Source of the DNA: Octopus vulgaris
Lineage: Eukaryota
NCBI GenBank assembly: GCA_951406725.2
Contig: OX597814.1
Coordinates: forward strand, 43,214,001 to 43,278,000
DNA: 64,000 nt
Reading direction: 5' to 3'
Made by a program: the position numbers and the translations under genes. The notes beneath the pieces are model-generated. The model was not told where the DNA came from. It was given only the letters and a program-made list of their open reading frames with translations, and ran no database searches. How positions within the stretch are numbered: position 1 is the first letter of the stretch; each line of letters starts with the position of its first letter. Shown in pieces: positions 43,236 to 57,969 of the stretch.

Positions 43236-45291
43236 ATATATAAATGCATATATATATGTATATATACATATATAACTATATGTAAAGAGAAAGAGAGAGG
43301 GAGAAGGAGAAAAATGACAAGCGCGTGGGAGGGAATCAGGAACGAGAAGGAAAGAGTTTAGAAGAGAATCAGTGAAAAATATAAGCAAAAAGACTCAAAG
43401 ATGGTCGAATGTATCTGTGTGGAATCATGTTGTACACACACAAACACACACACACACACATGTATCGAGAAATAGACAGAAAGAGAGAAAGATGCGTCGA
43501 TAGATAGATAGAAAAATACATACATATGTTCGTACGCACCTACATACATATGATCGAAAACACTTATAGAAATTGAGTTAAGAGAAAAATTGATGTAAAT
43601 CCTTGTCAATCATGAATATTAGGCATCAATCAAAAATGTAGGTGTCGTAGACAAAAACATTATTTGAAATAGCTGTCAAATCAGAAAACTTTTTGGAATA
43701 GACTTCAAGAAAGTTATTAATTGTAAATGTGTTGTCTTACAGATGTATTGTTAATTGATTATGGAGTTTCAGTATTTGTATAAAATCAATTCGGAAATAG
43801 GTATCATGCAACGAGATATAGTCACATGATAACATTAGTCGTTTATAGCATGATAATATTAATCACGTTGTAAGCGAACAGAAACCTTTTACCTAGTACT
43901 TAAATCACAGTAAATGTTGCAGTAAACTATTTGTGCTGTATTCTGTGGAGTACATGACTTTGCCTACCAGAATGTAACTTCTTTAATCCGTTAAATGTTT
44001 AAAGAAAAATGTCAAATATAATGATTCAGGCGAATGGAAACTAAAGAAATTGATATAGCACCTGGCCAAAACGTTCCATCAAAATGTAATATTGATTAAA
44101 ATTAAAGATTTTAGATACAATTTAGACATCAATTCTGTATTTCTACAAGGAAAATATCCTTGCTTACTGGAACATGATATTTTTAAATGTCAACCTTTCA
44201 TTCAAGATAAAAATTTTAAAATATTATACCTCTTCCTATTAGCAATATATTTGCTTTTTCCAAACTACTCCATAAGTAGCAAGTCATTTTTCACTTTTAA
44301 TCAGCATATCTATTTTTCTCTTTTTCTCAATCTAATTTCCTCTATGTCCCTCTCTCTTCCATCTCTCTATCCCTCACTTCTCTCTCTTTTCTTATCGCTC
44401 TCTCCTTCTCTCTTCTTCTCTCTCTCTCTCTCTCAATCTCTCATCCACTGCCGATGTATTTCCACCAATCCAATACGCGAGATTATTCCAATTATTTTAT
44501 CATGTTATTCATTTCACTTTTTTACAAGAAAATCTAATTAAACTGATTGATAGATTTTTCCAGGTTTACCGAGTAGTTATTGGTAAGTGTATTTATTTAG
44601 GACACCAGAACTTCGAATAATATGGCTCGGTAAAGAATGTAATTAACTTAATGATGATAAAACGGTTATTCTACAAATACAAATTGCATTGCTAGAAGGG
44701 TATATAAATACAGTGTGAGGTAACATGATAAACAAGTTATATTACAAATAATGTTTCAGGTTGCATTAAAGAGTACTAACTATTGGATAAATTAACTTCA
44801 GCATTTGTATATACTATTTGAATGCTGATATATACCCACACATTGCATATACACCACACGTACTACATATATCTGTATGCGGTAAGATTTGTATGTGGAT
44901 TTAGCATGTGTGCATATAATATACATAAATATATATGCTATTTGCGTCCGGCTGTCTATCGAATTCGATTATGACCTACTCCTTTATTCACGACTCCTTT
45001 TCTGACTGTATATCCCAAGCCTTCATGTGCAGCTTCGGTTACTCTTAAGGTGTTTAAATGTTTGACAACAAAGAATGGCTATTAATCTGCGTTCAATACA
45101 CTATTCATCCGTCTCATATGAAAACAGAGTCTGTTTCTGTCACGCAATCACGCAGACACATACACACTCATATAGAGGCAAATGCTCAGCCAACACGCAC
45201 ATACATACATAAATTACAAATAATGCTTCAATAATATATGAAACCCATGTACAACTCTGTAATTGTAAAAAATATAGAAACACACAGACAG

Positions 45292-45351
<60 letters not shown>

Positions 45352-45531
45352 TATATATATATACATATATATAAGAATTTTTTGCGTAATAAAACAAAAA
45401 ACCAAGGTTATTTAGATATTAGAACATTTATAGATAGAAGGTTTTACAGGTGTTTCTATGATATTTATTAATAATATCGCTTCATCGGAGACGGTGTGAG
45501 AGGATAGTTAAATCATAGTTAGTTTAGATGC

Positions 45532-45579
<48 letters not shown>

Positions 45580-46826
45580 ACACACATAAGCATGTCTGAA
45601 ACAGACACATACACCTATTTGGATAAAGCAAGGCTACAAAAAAACAAGTAAACGTATGCCAACATCAGAACAGGCGCAAGCATCAATACAATTACATTTG
45701 GGATAAACTACATGACAAATAGCAAAATGCAACGGAACAGATAGCATAGAAATTGTAAAATATATATATGCAACGTAGATTTTGGGTGTAAACGTTGACT
45801 GTAAAATGTGTATAGGGTGTATTACAGTAATTGAAAGTATAACTAATGCATAGAGAGAAGGGTTAAAGAAGAAGGTGAACGTAAAAAAGAATAACTAATA
45901 GGTTTGGGAGTCTAATGGTTGTACGAAGGATGAATGTTGAGACACAGACGAGCGTATACAAAGTATTTAATCTTACTCATATCAGTAAAGAGTGAGAGAG
46001 GTAGAGAGAGACATAAATGAGAGAAAGATAGAGAGAGGGGGAGAAAGAGATAGAACGTACGTATCTGTATATGTGTTTACGAGATGTACATGTGAGGGTG
46101 TATAGTTCTCTGCATATGAGTGCAAATGTGTTTATGTATAATTTATACCATGTGCACAGATATATGTCCGTATTTTATGCAATATATTATTTCTTCTTAG
46201 CATGTAGATATAATTGTTCATATATTAATTATAGTCATGTGAATAGGTATTATCGTTTTTGTTTATTAATGAGTGCAGTAAGATTTTATGTATATATGTT
46301 TTTATTGATACACGCACATATGTATCGCTTACGAATGCATGTTAAAACTATGTGCTTGTGTATGTCTGCGCATGTACATATGCCATTATCACTGTCGCCA
46401 TCGCAACTATCACCATCACAAATATTTCCCGCACTACAGTTATCACTTTCTACCACCCGAATGAAACTACCAATTGCGCATTCAATTTCCAGGCGCTACC
46501 TATATCTTGCTCCGGCCGCATTTAGCGTCACCACTTGATATCTAATCTGTTTCACAATCTCATGATCCATTGATAAACAGACAGACATGCAATCAGCCAG
46601 ATAGATAGGTAGAGAAACAGGCAGGCAGAGAGAGAAAGAGAGAGAGAGAGAGAGAGTGAGGCAGAGACAGATAGACAGACATATAGAATGATAGATAGAT
46701 AGATTGATAAATAGATAGATAGCTATATAGATAGACAAGCAGACAAATGAACGGCCAGGCGAATGAACAGAGACAGACACACAGTCAAACAGATGGACTG
46801 ACAGACAAGCAGACATAGGTAATTTA

Positions 46827-47062
46827 AAGGTGGCGAGCTGGCAGAATCGTTAGCACGCCGGGCGAAATGCTTTGCGGTATTTCGTCTGCTGTTACGTTCT
46901 GAGTTCAAATTCCGCCGAGGTCGACTTTGCCTGTCATCCTTTCGGGGTCGATAAATTAAAGTACCAGTTGCGTACTGGGGTCGATGTAATCGACTTAATA
47001 CCTATGTCTGTCCTTGTTAGTCACTTCTATGTTTAGCCCCTTGTGGGTAATAAAGAAATAGG
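46827..47062 (+). mobile_element. Full-length tRNA-type SINE family B
   Basis: AAGGTGGCGAGCTGGCAGAATCGTTAGCACGCCGGG...GAGTTCAAATTCCGCC (A/B boxes)...CATCCTTTCGGGGTCGATAAATT..GTACCAG...AATAAAGAAATAGG. It matches the copies at 3744-4206. Confidence 0.88.
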
Positions 47063-47064
47063 TA

Positions 47065-47141
47065 ATTAGATAGATAGATAGATAGATAGATATATAGATA
47101 GATAGATAGATAAACATATAGACAGAGAGATATATAGAAAT

Positions 47142-47228
<87 letters not shown>

Positions 47229-47232
47229 CATG
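47065..47232. repeat. (GATA)n microsatellite
   Basis: Visible directly. Confidence 0.95.
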
Positions 47233-48150
47233 GGATATTACATAATTTGATCTATGAATTATAATAGTAGATGGTAGATGAGTAGACAGTTACATAGACA
47301 GAAGCTTCGTTCATCAGACAGAGATGCGCAGACTGACGCATAATTTGATAGGGCTTGCATCTTTTACTACGTTAGAGATTTTGGATTATTTCATATGTTC
47401 ATTTACAGAAGTAGAAGGGCATATAGTTCATAGACCTACTCTGATAGACGGATAAACATACATAGATACACTAGCAACAGAAAAAGAGAAAGTAAGATTG
47501 AAAGAGATATCTGTAAAATGGCTTCTCAGTCTGGTTCAGTCATCCATACGATAACCAAAATATGACTGGTCTCTTTTGTACGTTTCTGTAGCGATTGATT
47601 TGTAGATATATGAATAAATAACAAGACCATTAGATACATAGATTGTTGAATTCATAGGCAAATAGACAGGAGACGTAGATAAATGGACAGATGTAGAAAC
47701 AAAATAACACTGAGCGGATGATGTACATAAATAAATAGCTAGAGTGTCAGACAAAATGACATCCAAATTGATAGCTATGTCGTCAGATAGATGACTATTT
47801 TGGCAGTGTGTTAAGTAGCTCTGTAGGTAAGTAAATAATATGTTAAGAGATGAATTCACAGAGTTAGATTGATAGAAAGACGGACATGTAGATATACACA
47901 GAAACAGGGGGTTAGATAGATGAATTGACTGTTAGTTTGATAGATAGGTAGATAACTGTGAGACATATGGCGAAAGATGCAGCAAGCACTGCATGTTGAG
48001 AGATGTGCATGTATATGCTAGAAGAATTCTTCTCCTTAAATAAGTCTAAGAATGAATATATACATATATGTATTGTAGCATGCATGAATGTACTGTTATG
48101 TATTCCCACTGCTGATAAAAGCCCTACCTCCAACGTTCAGTATGTATGCC

Positions 48151-48203
<53 letters not shown>

Positions 48204-48632
48204 GCTGTCTAGAAGCCTTTACTTATCTGCTGATAGATAGACGTTTGACCATTTATTGACAGTTACCAACCGAAAATAAAAACGAAACATCACTTTACTG
48301 TAGATATCATTGCCAATACCAATACTGTACTGGCACACCAACACTGACGACTTATATACTCCAACTTCATAACACCATAACCATAACAGTGCCCCTCAAT
48401 TTAGATTCTACAACAGATATTCGTACTATAATCAGAATCAGCAACATCATGATCATCATCAATTTTCATCATTTCACTGCACCTAACCAAAATCAATCCG
48501 CATCATCAACATATCTCAGAGAAATCTAATCCTCATGATCCCCTACCACTACCACCGTTAAAACAACGTCTTTTTCGATCCTACAACAACATTACTATGC
48601 CCCCACTTCCCTCATCTCACTTTCCTCTAATT

Positions 48633-48690
<58 letters not shown>

Positions 48691-50744
48691 CATACGCACA
48701 AGTGAGACCTTCTCGACTTTTAACAACGTACTCATATCAAGAAATGCCTTAAAAACAATTTCGATCATATTCCTATCAGGAGAACAGTATCGAGCCAAAC
48801 ATGATTTATTGCCACAATTTAAACCTAATGATAACGGTTTCAACTTAACCGTCCGCAGATAGGTATTGCTACTGTCATGGGCCCTAGCACAATTGAAAAG
48901 CATAATTGAACAAACCATAATTGAAAAACCACCAAATAGCAATCTGATGAGCTCTTAGTTACCGACAACTATTAGTCATCATATCACGAAGGCTAACACT
49001 CAAAACACATAAATAAATCCCACTAACACACACAAACACAAACACACACACAGACACATGCGAATACACACACATATGCGCGCACACACACACATATATA
49101 TGTGTGTGCATGTATGAGCTGATTGTTTGTGTATGAGTGCATGTGTTGTTGATGACAGTTTTTTGCAGGTTTTATGAATCAATGTCATATAAACTCTGTT
49201 GGTAAATGGGATAATGCCTTCGCACGTCGAACTTAATGATACTTTAGCTGGGGTTTTTTAAATGCTGCGAAAAATTGCAATTAGTTTTCCTTACTTAAGA
49301 TGCTTTATCAGTAGTAATTTTCCGTTGCTAGAGGATTTGTCTACTTCTCTGCATTTCCGTTCTGGATGAAATTACTCAGAAACATATATTAACATATTTG
49401 CTGTTATGGTCTGGCAGATGATAAACATAAGATCACTCTTCGTCATTTAGTGAATCTGTTATCGTAATAATAAGATTGCTTCGGATATCATGTCCAAATT
49501 CACATCAAACATATCCCACAATATTATACATACAGGAAATATGAAATATATTAGCATTATCTATAATAAAACTTCAAATTCGAGTTGTAGCACCAGTGTA
49601 ATAATCTGTGGGATTGCGTGAAGGAACATGCAAGTTTTCTTCTCGGGAAATGAAAGCTTGCACCGTATTGAATTCATTAAAGTACGCTCAGTCTTAAAAT
49701 GTTTAACAGCACTATGTACTCATCTTAGGAGATATAAATGTTGAGATATAAAAGTTGAGATTTTAAAAAATGCAAATACAATAAATTCTTCCATACACCT
49801 ATACTGAAATTAATGGGAAAATTTTAATTGAAATTCATTTAAATGGCAGTTCTACTCTAAAAGCAACCGAGAGAGCAAATTCTCATAATGAATCTCATTC
49901 AATGGAATTGAAACCCGTAAGCAGGAAAGATTTATCCATATTCTTATTCCGTTTACAGGCTTTCGACTAAAATGAGGGTCTAATACATGCTTTTGATATA
50001 TATTAATATCAATACCCGTACAATTATCATTCTCCGGTATTTGTTTTTTATATATATATAGTACGAATGCACATGCACATGCACACACACATGTGTAAGT
50101 GTTTGTCATTGTGTCTTTTCTTGTCCCGCTGCACCGCTTGATATCCGGTATTGAGGTGTTCCGTTACCTTAAAATGACTGGTAGAGTAAGTATCAGTCTT
50201 TGCAACAAAGTATTTGGGTCGATTCATTTCACTAAAATACTTGAAGTTGTGTCTCAGCATGGACACAGTGTAATGAATAAAATGTGTAAACGATAAAAGT
50301 TATATATATATATATAGAGAGAGAGGGAGAGAGAGAGAGAGGAGGGTGTTTGTATGTGTGTGTTTGTGTGTGTGCGTGTGTGTCTTTGTGTGCGTGTGAA
50401 TGAGTTCAAGAAGAACTGATAACTCAGATATTATGTGGGTAAAAGTTGTACGGATAACATTTGTAAAAACGTATTGAAGTTAATTATAGATCAATATTCA
50501 AAAGAGAGAAGGGACAGAGAGAAACAGGATGAGAGGGATGGTGTGAAGAAGAGAGAGTGGGAGAGGAAAGGGAGAGGGAAAAGCGGTGTGGGAGGGGAGA
50601 GGAAGAGAGGGGAAATAAAAGAGAAAGAGGGAGACGAAGGAAGATCAGGAAGGGATAGTAGTTACGTGATTTACACACACGTATAAAATTACATTTGGTA
50701 CAGATAAATATAACACCAATACAAGTTAATAAAAACAGTGCATG

Positions 50745-50792
<48 letters not shown>

Positions 50793-51244
50793 ACATATAT
50801 ATAGGTTAATGTATTCGTCTAGCATAATTCCTGATTTTAAATCGTGTGTTGAAAGAGATATTGTTATAATTCTGGATGGTCTATTATTCATTTATTTACT
50901 TATTTAATTATTTACTATATATTCAATCCGAATATGCAGTGCATTTGAGAAGTTAGCCAAGAAAACTGATCAGCCGGAAATATAACTATACATCTATATA
51001 TATATATATGTATGTATGTATGCATGTATGTATGTATGTATATATTAATCGATTAAATTTAAATTTAATTGTAATTAAATTATAACCATGAAACGTACGT
51101 AATCTTTTTACTTAATATATATTTTTATTCATTTTTGTACTTTTTGTGACCTAGTTATAAGTTTTAAAATATATTTTATTTTTTATTTATGATTTGGTTT
51201 ATGTCTATCATTGTTTGAATAGCATAATAGCGTTTTATTCTTTA

Positions 51245-51289
<45 letters not shown>

Positions 51290-51404
51290 GAAGGGTAGAA
51301 CAGAGAAGGTGGACGTTTTGAAAATAGCTATTACTCAGCTCCGAGGGGACGAACCTGGGTCGGACAGCTACTATTCGGTCTGCGTTGTCTTAGCACTTTT
51401 TTGT

Positions 51405-52035
51405 TTTTGTTTTCAGGTGAAGCCAAGTTTCTGTGGATGATAGAGCATCGTATGTTTGCCTACGACAATTTCGTGAAGGATAATGAGACTGTCACACCAG
51501 TTCAGCGTGATTTACATCGTCACTTCAACATTCACCGAAATCAGGTTATTCCCACCCATAACACAATCTTACTTCGGATGAACGCACTTCATTACACGAG
51601 GTACAATAATGAATAGGAGACGAGTGGGTGCACCACAAAAGGTACAGACCTCGAGAATTGTTGAAGGCTTCAGAGAAGTTTAGGTACAGAGTCCGAACGA
51701 CTCTGCTCGGAAGCATTCCAAGGAACTTGTCATCGGTAATCTATCAATATGACGTAATATGCATTAAGACCAGCATAGCGACCCATACAAATCGGTCATT
51801 AGGCAACAGTTGAAACCATGGCACTGTATACAGTGGCTTAACTTCGTACGTCATATGGAAGCAATTGTTTAGGTAAATCTCAACCTCATTTTGTTAATGA
51901 GTTATGAAGCTCATTTTCATCTCAATGGCATGGTTAATCAATAGAACTATTGTTATTAGGCTCTTGAAAATCCGAAAGAACTGCACCAAAGACCACTGCA
52001 CAGCCCAAACGTGATGGTCTGATGTGCAGTTAGAC
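51405..52035 (+). mobile_element. Tc1/mariner-superfamily transposase relic, DD41D (rosa/Visitor)-like, N-terminal half
   Basis: HTH-like EHRMFAYDNF...VQRDLHRHFNI...PTHNTI, followed by PYK...Q.LKP and MSYEAHFHLNGMVNQ*NYCY*ALENPKELHQRPLHSPNVMV*CAV, which matches the SDEAHF.LNG.VN.QN..W..ENP signature. Confidence 0.8.
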
Positions 52036-52925
52036 TAACATTCAGTTTAATGCTCGGAAATTTCAGGCACTGAGCTGTCAGCTCAAAAATGCACCGCAGC
52101 CTAAATATAGAGGACGAGAAGATATCACGATCCCAGAGTTATAGGCAGTGAGTGATTTCATATGTACATTTATAATATGGCAACAAAGTACAGATAACAG
52201 TCATGATGGATATTATGTCCTTCAGGGCAACAGGCCAAGAAATCTAATTGACCAAGCGGTTAATTTATTTTATCAGCTGCCTGAACTACTGTTATCATCT
52301 CTGGTCATCACAAGGCACCAAACTAACAGCAGAGCTGAAAGTGGTTCAACGTCAGGGTACTGAAATGATTGTAACAATGCAGCAGAGGAACTACTTATTT
52401 CCTGGAGAGAAGACGTGACACATGTGATTTGAACTACATGTACGAAATTATGGAAGGATTAGTATTTCATTTTGGCATCAAGTGTTATGAAAACGGCGAA
52501 ACAGAACGCCATTGCATCGTACGAAAGATACTGTCTACCCCATGTACAGTCAGGACCATGTAGGTTAGCGTTAAAATGTTAGCCTTAAAAGGGTCATAAC
52601 TCTTCAATGCGCATCAAAAATGTGAAGAAATCTAAACAATGTGAACGCGGATGCTCTCAAAAAGGAACTGAACATTCTCCCATCCACGTTATCGGATGTA
52701 TCAACTGCTGGTATCATGTATAGGTGAGGTCAGTAGTGTCAAACTCTGTCATCAAACAATTGAACCAATAACCAAGGGGAAAACAACATGCAGCAGTGGT
52801 GATACGAAATCACACCTCCCTGCAAAAAAATCTACCAGAAAAGAACGATATCTAAAAATACAAAATCACAGCGGTGCTCCAGCATTATCGCTGTCGGCTG
52901 GCTGAAACAAATGGCAGGATAAAAC
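52036..52925 (+). mobile_element. CR1/L2-group LINE 3' part, degenerate
   Basis: Reads N.QFNARKFQAL, YFLERRR, MEGLVFHFGIKCYENGETERHCIVRKI and LFN...KKELN. It ends in GCGGTGCTCCAGCAT..GCTGAAAC. Confidence 0.75.
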
Positions 52926-52951
52926 AAGACAGAAATTGTATATATGTGTAC

Positions 52952-53036
<85 letters not shown>

Positions 53037-53043
53037 TATACAT

Positions 53044-53088
<45 letters not shown>

Positions 53089-54682
53089 CATACGCATATA
53101 TGCATATACCTACATATATGTAAGTATGTATGTATATATATATATGTACATACATTGGCATATATATGTATTCATACATATATAATTATTTAGAATGTTA
53201 TACATAAATATATGTACTTACATACATACCCAACATGACTAGTTGAATTTATATAGAATGGGGGTTGATGTATGGGGAAGCTGTTGGAAACATTGATAAG
53301 TATGAATGAAGAAAAGGCGAGATGAAAAATGCGTTTGTGCATGAATTCAAGAGCGTAGGCGTGGACACCTTGTACTATATTACATAAGCTGCTGCTTCAA
53401 GTAGTGACTTGGATAATATATTCAAAATGTTTCTCTAAAATCTGATCGCGTCTGCAGACACAATGTTGTCGGAGAATTAGAGAGTAGGCGATGATGTGTT
53501 ATATTTTCAGTCATGTCCTAATATACAAGGATAGAACAGGATTGTACGATAAAAGACGTACAAGATCGAAGTAAATTGATAAGCTGAATTTTTCATACAT
53601 GAAATAATTTTGTGGTATAATAATACATTAATGTTTCCAGCGTACTTTTTATGGTGAAGGGTAGTAGCTTCATACAAAAAACATACCTTATCTATTCGTC
53701 GAATAATGTTACATTCTAATCGATACACACACACACACGCACACACACACGGACACACACACGAACACACACGTGCATACACACACTTCTTTCAAATGAA
53801 TTTTAGGCACCACTGCCGGTGTGATTCTTTCAAATAGTCATTTTTCTGTCCCAGGTAAGATCGTATCTAATCTCTTAATAGTCATGCAAAAAATTCTTTA
53901 AAATCTACACGCATTAGGCTGTTAATACCTTTCTTAAACACTTTATATATCCCCGGGGAAAAATAATCTTACTTTATATGACAAAAAAAAAAAGAAATAG
54001 TAACCATAGTAAACGCTGTGCAGTAAATATTTTGTATGCACTATCCAGTAATGTAGACGAAAGTATTTTATGAGGAAATATTTGATAATGTACGGGCTAA
54101 ATGACTGGTCCAGTGTAGCACGAGTTAGAGCTCAGACAATTACAAAACTACATACATACATACACACATACGTATAGAGACAGGGGCAGAGACGAATTTA
54201 GCTGATAATAGTTTTTGAATGTAGGACGGCGTAGGATGAATGTCAAGTAAAATATATTTTAGCATACTGTTGGAGAGTGAATATTATCGTGACAACAAAA
54301 TGTGAATCCTTTTTCTAAGGTAAGAGTATAATACATATTGAAAATGGCCATTTTGTTTCATTAACGCAAATTATAGAACATGGAGTTTTCTTTTGGTTGA
54401 TAAAGCTTTCTTAAAACGTATCTAAGGTTTAATATTCTTTTTTTCTAGACAGCTGATAAGAACACTACAAATATAATAACTCGAAATGATGTAATAGAAA
54501 ACACTTTTTTCCAGTGAGAATCAATGAATGTCAATCCTCTGAATGTTTTGACACTTAAATTAAAATTTATCAAAACTGAGTATACGGGTAGGTTCGTGCC
54601 AAAATGAGAGTATGCTCATTTTTTAATATAATACACAAACTATAAGTCGTTATATATAAATATGTGTGTGTGTGTGTGTGTG

Positions 54683-54744
<62 letters not shown>

Positions 54745-54799
54745 TCAATTAAAAGTAGATTGCTATATATTTTTTATATAATTCACAAACTATAAGTCG

Positions 54800-54834
<35 letters not shown>

Positions 54835-54839
54835 ATATG

Positions 54840-54876
<37 letters not shown>

Positions 54877-55067
54877 GTATATATATATGTATATATATAT
54901 ATGTATAAGAAAAGGTTTATAAACGATGTTTATATATATTGTATATATATATATGTTAAAAAGTTTTTACATATATATATATTTATATATATATATGACA
55001 ATTTAAAAGATATATATATATGTTTAAATTGCATTTTATATATATACTCGTGATACCCACAACTCAA

Positions 55068-55172
<105 letters not shown>

Positions 55173-56376
55173 TCAATTAAAAGTAGATTACTGCCTATAC
55201 GACAGCAGATGTTTAATGAGAATGTATCGCAGCAATTTAGTAGTACCTTGAATAATAGTAACGCTAAGCACAATTAAATAATAACGACGTCATTCCCATG
55301 AGACCATGTCTAGGATAGTATTAGCACTGTCCCTAAAAAAATGCATTTCTCAGTGATTTAAATACCACCTTACTACGCATTATCAGAGCACATTCAATTT
55401 GATTGTATGACTTCTTGTAATGAATCTTCCACATGTTGTTAACTATACTGGAAGACCTTGCGGTATAGATGTAGTTCTGCGCAGAAAGTGTTTGTGGTTT
55501 TGTAGTGAGAATATGACAGAAGAGCAAATTCTGAGTGCAGAACATTTTCCGGCTTGCTAAAGGAAATTTATGATAATTTGAATTCAATCAGGTGTATATA
55601 AATCAAGATGTCAGGAGTAAACTCGTACACGAGGTCAAGTGGAAGATGTGTCACGTTCAGCGTTAAAATTCCATTGGTTGAAGGATTTGGGTTGAAGGAG
55701 TAATGAAGGTCGCATAAAAGGCGAAGTATTGCTACTGTAGGGGATTTCCAATAATGCTTTTGGATGATATCAGCTCGATTTCTAATTGAGCGTAGGCAAG
55801 ATGGGAGCTGAATGATACAGTTAAATGAAAGACAATTTTTCAGAAATCTTCAACTTAAGCATTTTTGGGGGGGTGGGAGGTTAAATGAAATATTGCACCA
55901 ATAAAAATTTCATTACTGTAAATAATTTGTCAGAAAATCCTCATATTATGACATCCGGATGTATTGTATGATGATAGACACGTATGTCATTCACATACAC
56001 ACATGCATACCCATATATACGCACGCACACACACACACACCTTCACACACATACATATGTATGTCGCTTTTGTGACCACTATTAAGTTTGCCTTTAGGTT
56101 CTAATTGCTAATATGCCACCTTCTTTATTTTTTACACTTCTACCGTTTGAAAGTCAACATATGTTTTCAACAGCTTTTCTTATAGGATTGAAAAAGGAAG
56201 TTGAGTTAATCCCTAGGCGTTAACATCCGCTGAGGAGAATTGAAGAGATCTAGAACAAAATTCGAAATCGCGATATGGCTATATATGCTTGGGCCTTACC
56301 TCCCTTTGTCAGTCATTAGGTATAGTGCTTTAGTGGCTTTGGAATTAATGTAACTCTTATTGTAGCATAAGCGGTG

Positions 56377-57345
56377 CTAGTCAGCACCCTCCGTCACTTT
56401 TGCGATCTCTATTAATTTCAGGCTTTACTTGCTAATAAGCCTTTTTTAATATTTTTGCATTGCTCAGAAGTTTGAAGAATGTTAAAAGTAAGAAATATAT
56501 ATATTCTGATAGAAAATATATATTCAGAAAAATTCTATCGCATGAAGTTAAAATAACTTCATGTTAAAACAACTTCACAATGTGAAGTTAAAATAACTTC
56601 ACATGAAGTTAAAATAAACAGTTATTAAAACAAATCCTGAAATCAATCACAGTTTTATTTTGTAGAACTTCTAAATTTACAATGTTTTCTATAATTGGGA
56701 TGCGCCTAAAAAGAGCTCTAGGACCTCCAACTCACGAATATTCTCTCCATGAGAGAAGCAAAGAGAAGCAAGATTAAGTCCAACAATCTTGAGAGATTGT
56801 CCTTGAGATTTGTTTATCGTCATAGCAAAACTCAGTTTCAGTGGGTATTGGAATCGTTTAAATTGAAAAGGGAGATCAGGTGGGATAAACAGGAACCGTG
56901 GAATGAAGACATCTTCACCATTATATTTCCCAGTAATAATTGCTGCTCCTAGGACTTGATGTTACACAGCTTTCACCACCAGTCTGGTGCCATTGCACAG
57001 ACGAAGTGGATATAGATTTCTAAGCAGCATGTTTGGGGCTCCTATTTCAGTGTTAATTTGTGTGTTGGTATCCCGGATGTCTGTTGTGTGTTCAGGAATA
57101 CAGTTTACAAAATTACAGCTTCGTCCCAATAAATGACAGTGTCGATGGATTTGAAAGACTGTTCCGGTCCTGGCAACAGCTGCAAGCGATTCTAATTGAT
57201 TCTGTCGGCAGCATCATTACGTAGAACTAAGATGGTTCGCTCACTTAGCCATGGACTGTTGCTAAAGTTTTGTGGAATGTTTGGAAACACCTGCTTTTTG
57301 AGATCATTTACAGATGGTACTCTCTCACCACAGTGTAGCTTGTGT
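56377..57345 (-). mobile_element. Second Helitron fragment: PIF1-like helicase C-terminus and probable 3' end
   Basis: Minus strand reads VFPNIPQNF...WLSERTIL..RND, SIDTV, FLNT..TSGIPTHKLTLK.GAP.MLLRNL.P.RLCNGTRLVV, GEDVFIPR...PFQFKRFQYPLKLSFAMTINKSQGQSL..VGL....FSHG. A CTAG lies at 56377-56380 next to a small hairpin. Confidence 0.88.
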
Positions 57346-57919
57346 TGCTGTTACAATTATCATATAAATGATAACAAATTGTGTTTTAAATGAAATTAAA
57401 ATCCTGGTTCAGTGACATATCGATTGCGTTCGTACGGTTTTAATGTTTTTGCTAACAACATATTCTCTGTTCTAATTAAATATTGAAAAAAGAGATAAAA
57501 TGCCACTGTCGCTTTTGCAAGAAAAATTAAGTTAGCTTGGCTCGTGAAGGGTGCATGGTATTGCCTGTAAGCCTTTCCAAAGACTAGTATGTACATGTAC
57601 AACCTTTAGACCGGTGTGGGTGTGGGGATATGTTTTCGTAACAAAGAGAAAAAATGTGAAGCTTGATCATGTGGAATCATATTTCGTGAATTTCTATGAA
57701 AAAATGTTAATTCTTTAATCTCTTTGGAAGGCGACATTTTCTTTGATATGAAAGCAGATAGTGAGAGGGGAAAGTAAAAGATGTATGTAAGTGTATATGA
57801 AATGGAAGTCTGCGTGCGTGTGAGAGATAGAGAGAGAGAGTGGGCGGGGGAGTGAGTGAGTGAGTGAGTGAGTGAAGGTGGGTGTTGTCATGTATATTTC
57901 TGCATGTATGTGTAAATGG

Positions 57920-57969
<50 letters not shown>

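Noticed and set aside
46827-46920. tRNA gene
   Set aside because: A/B boxes are present, but the sequence continues into a repeated SINE body and no full cloverleaf is evident.
55330-55800. Possible LINE remnant on the minus strand
   Set aside because: I could not recover any convincing RT or endonuclease motif by eye.
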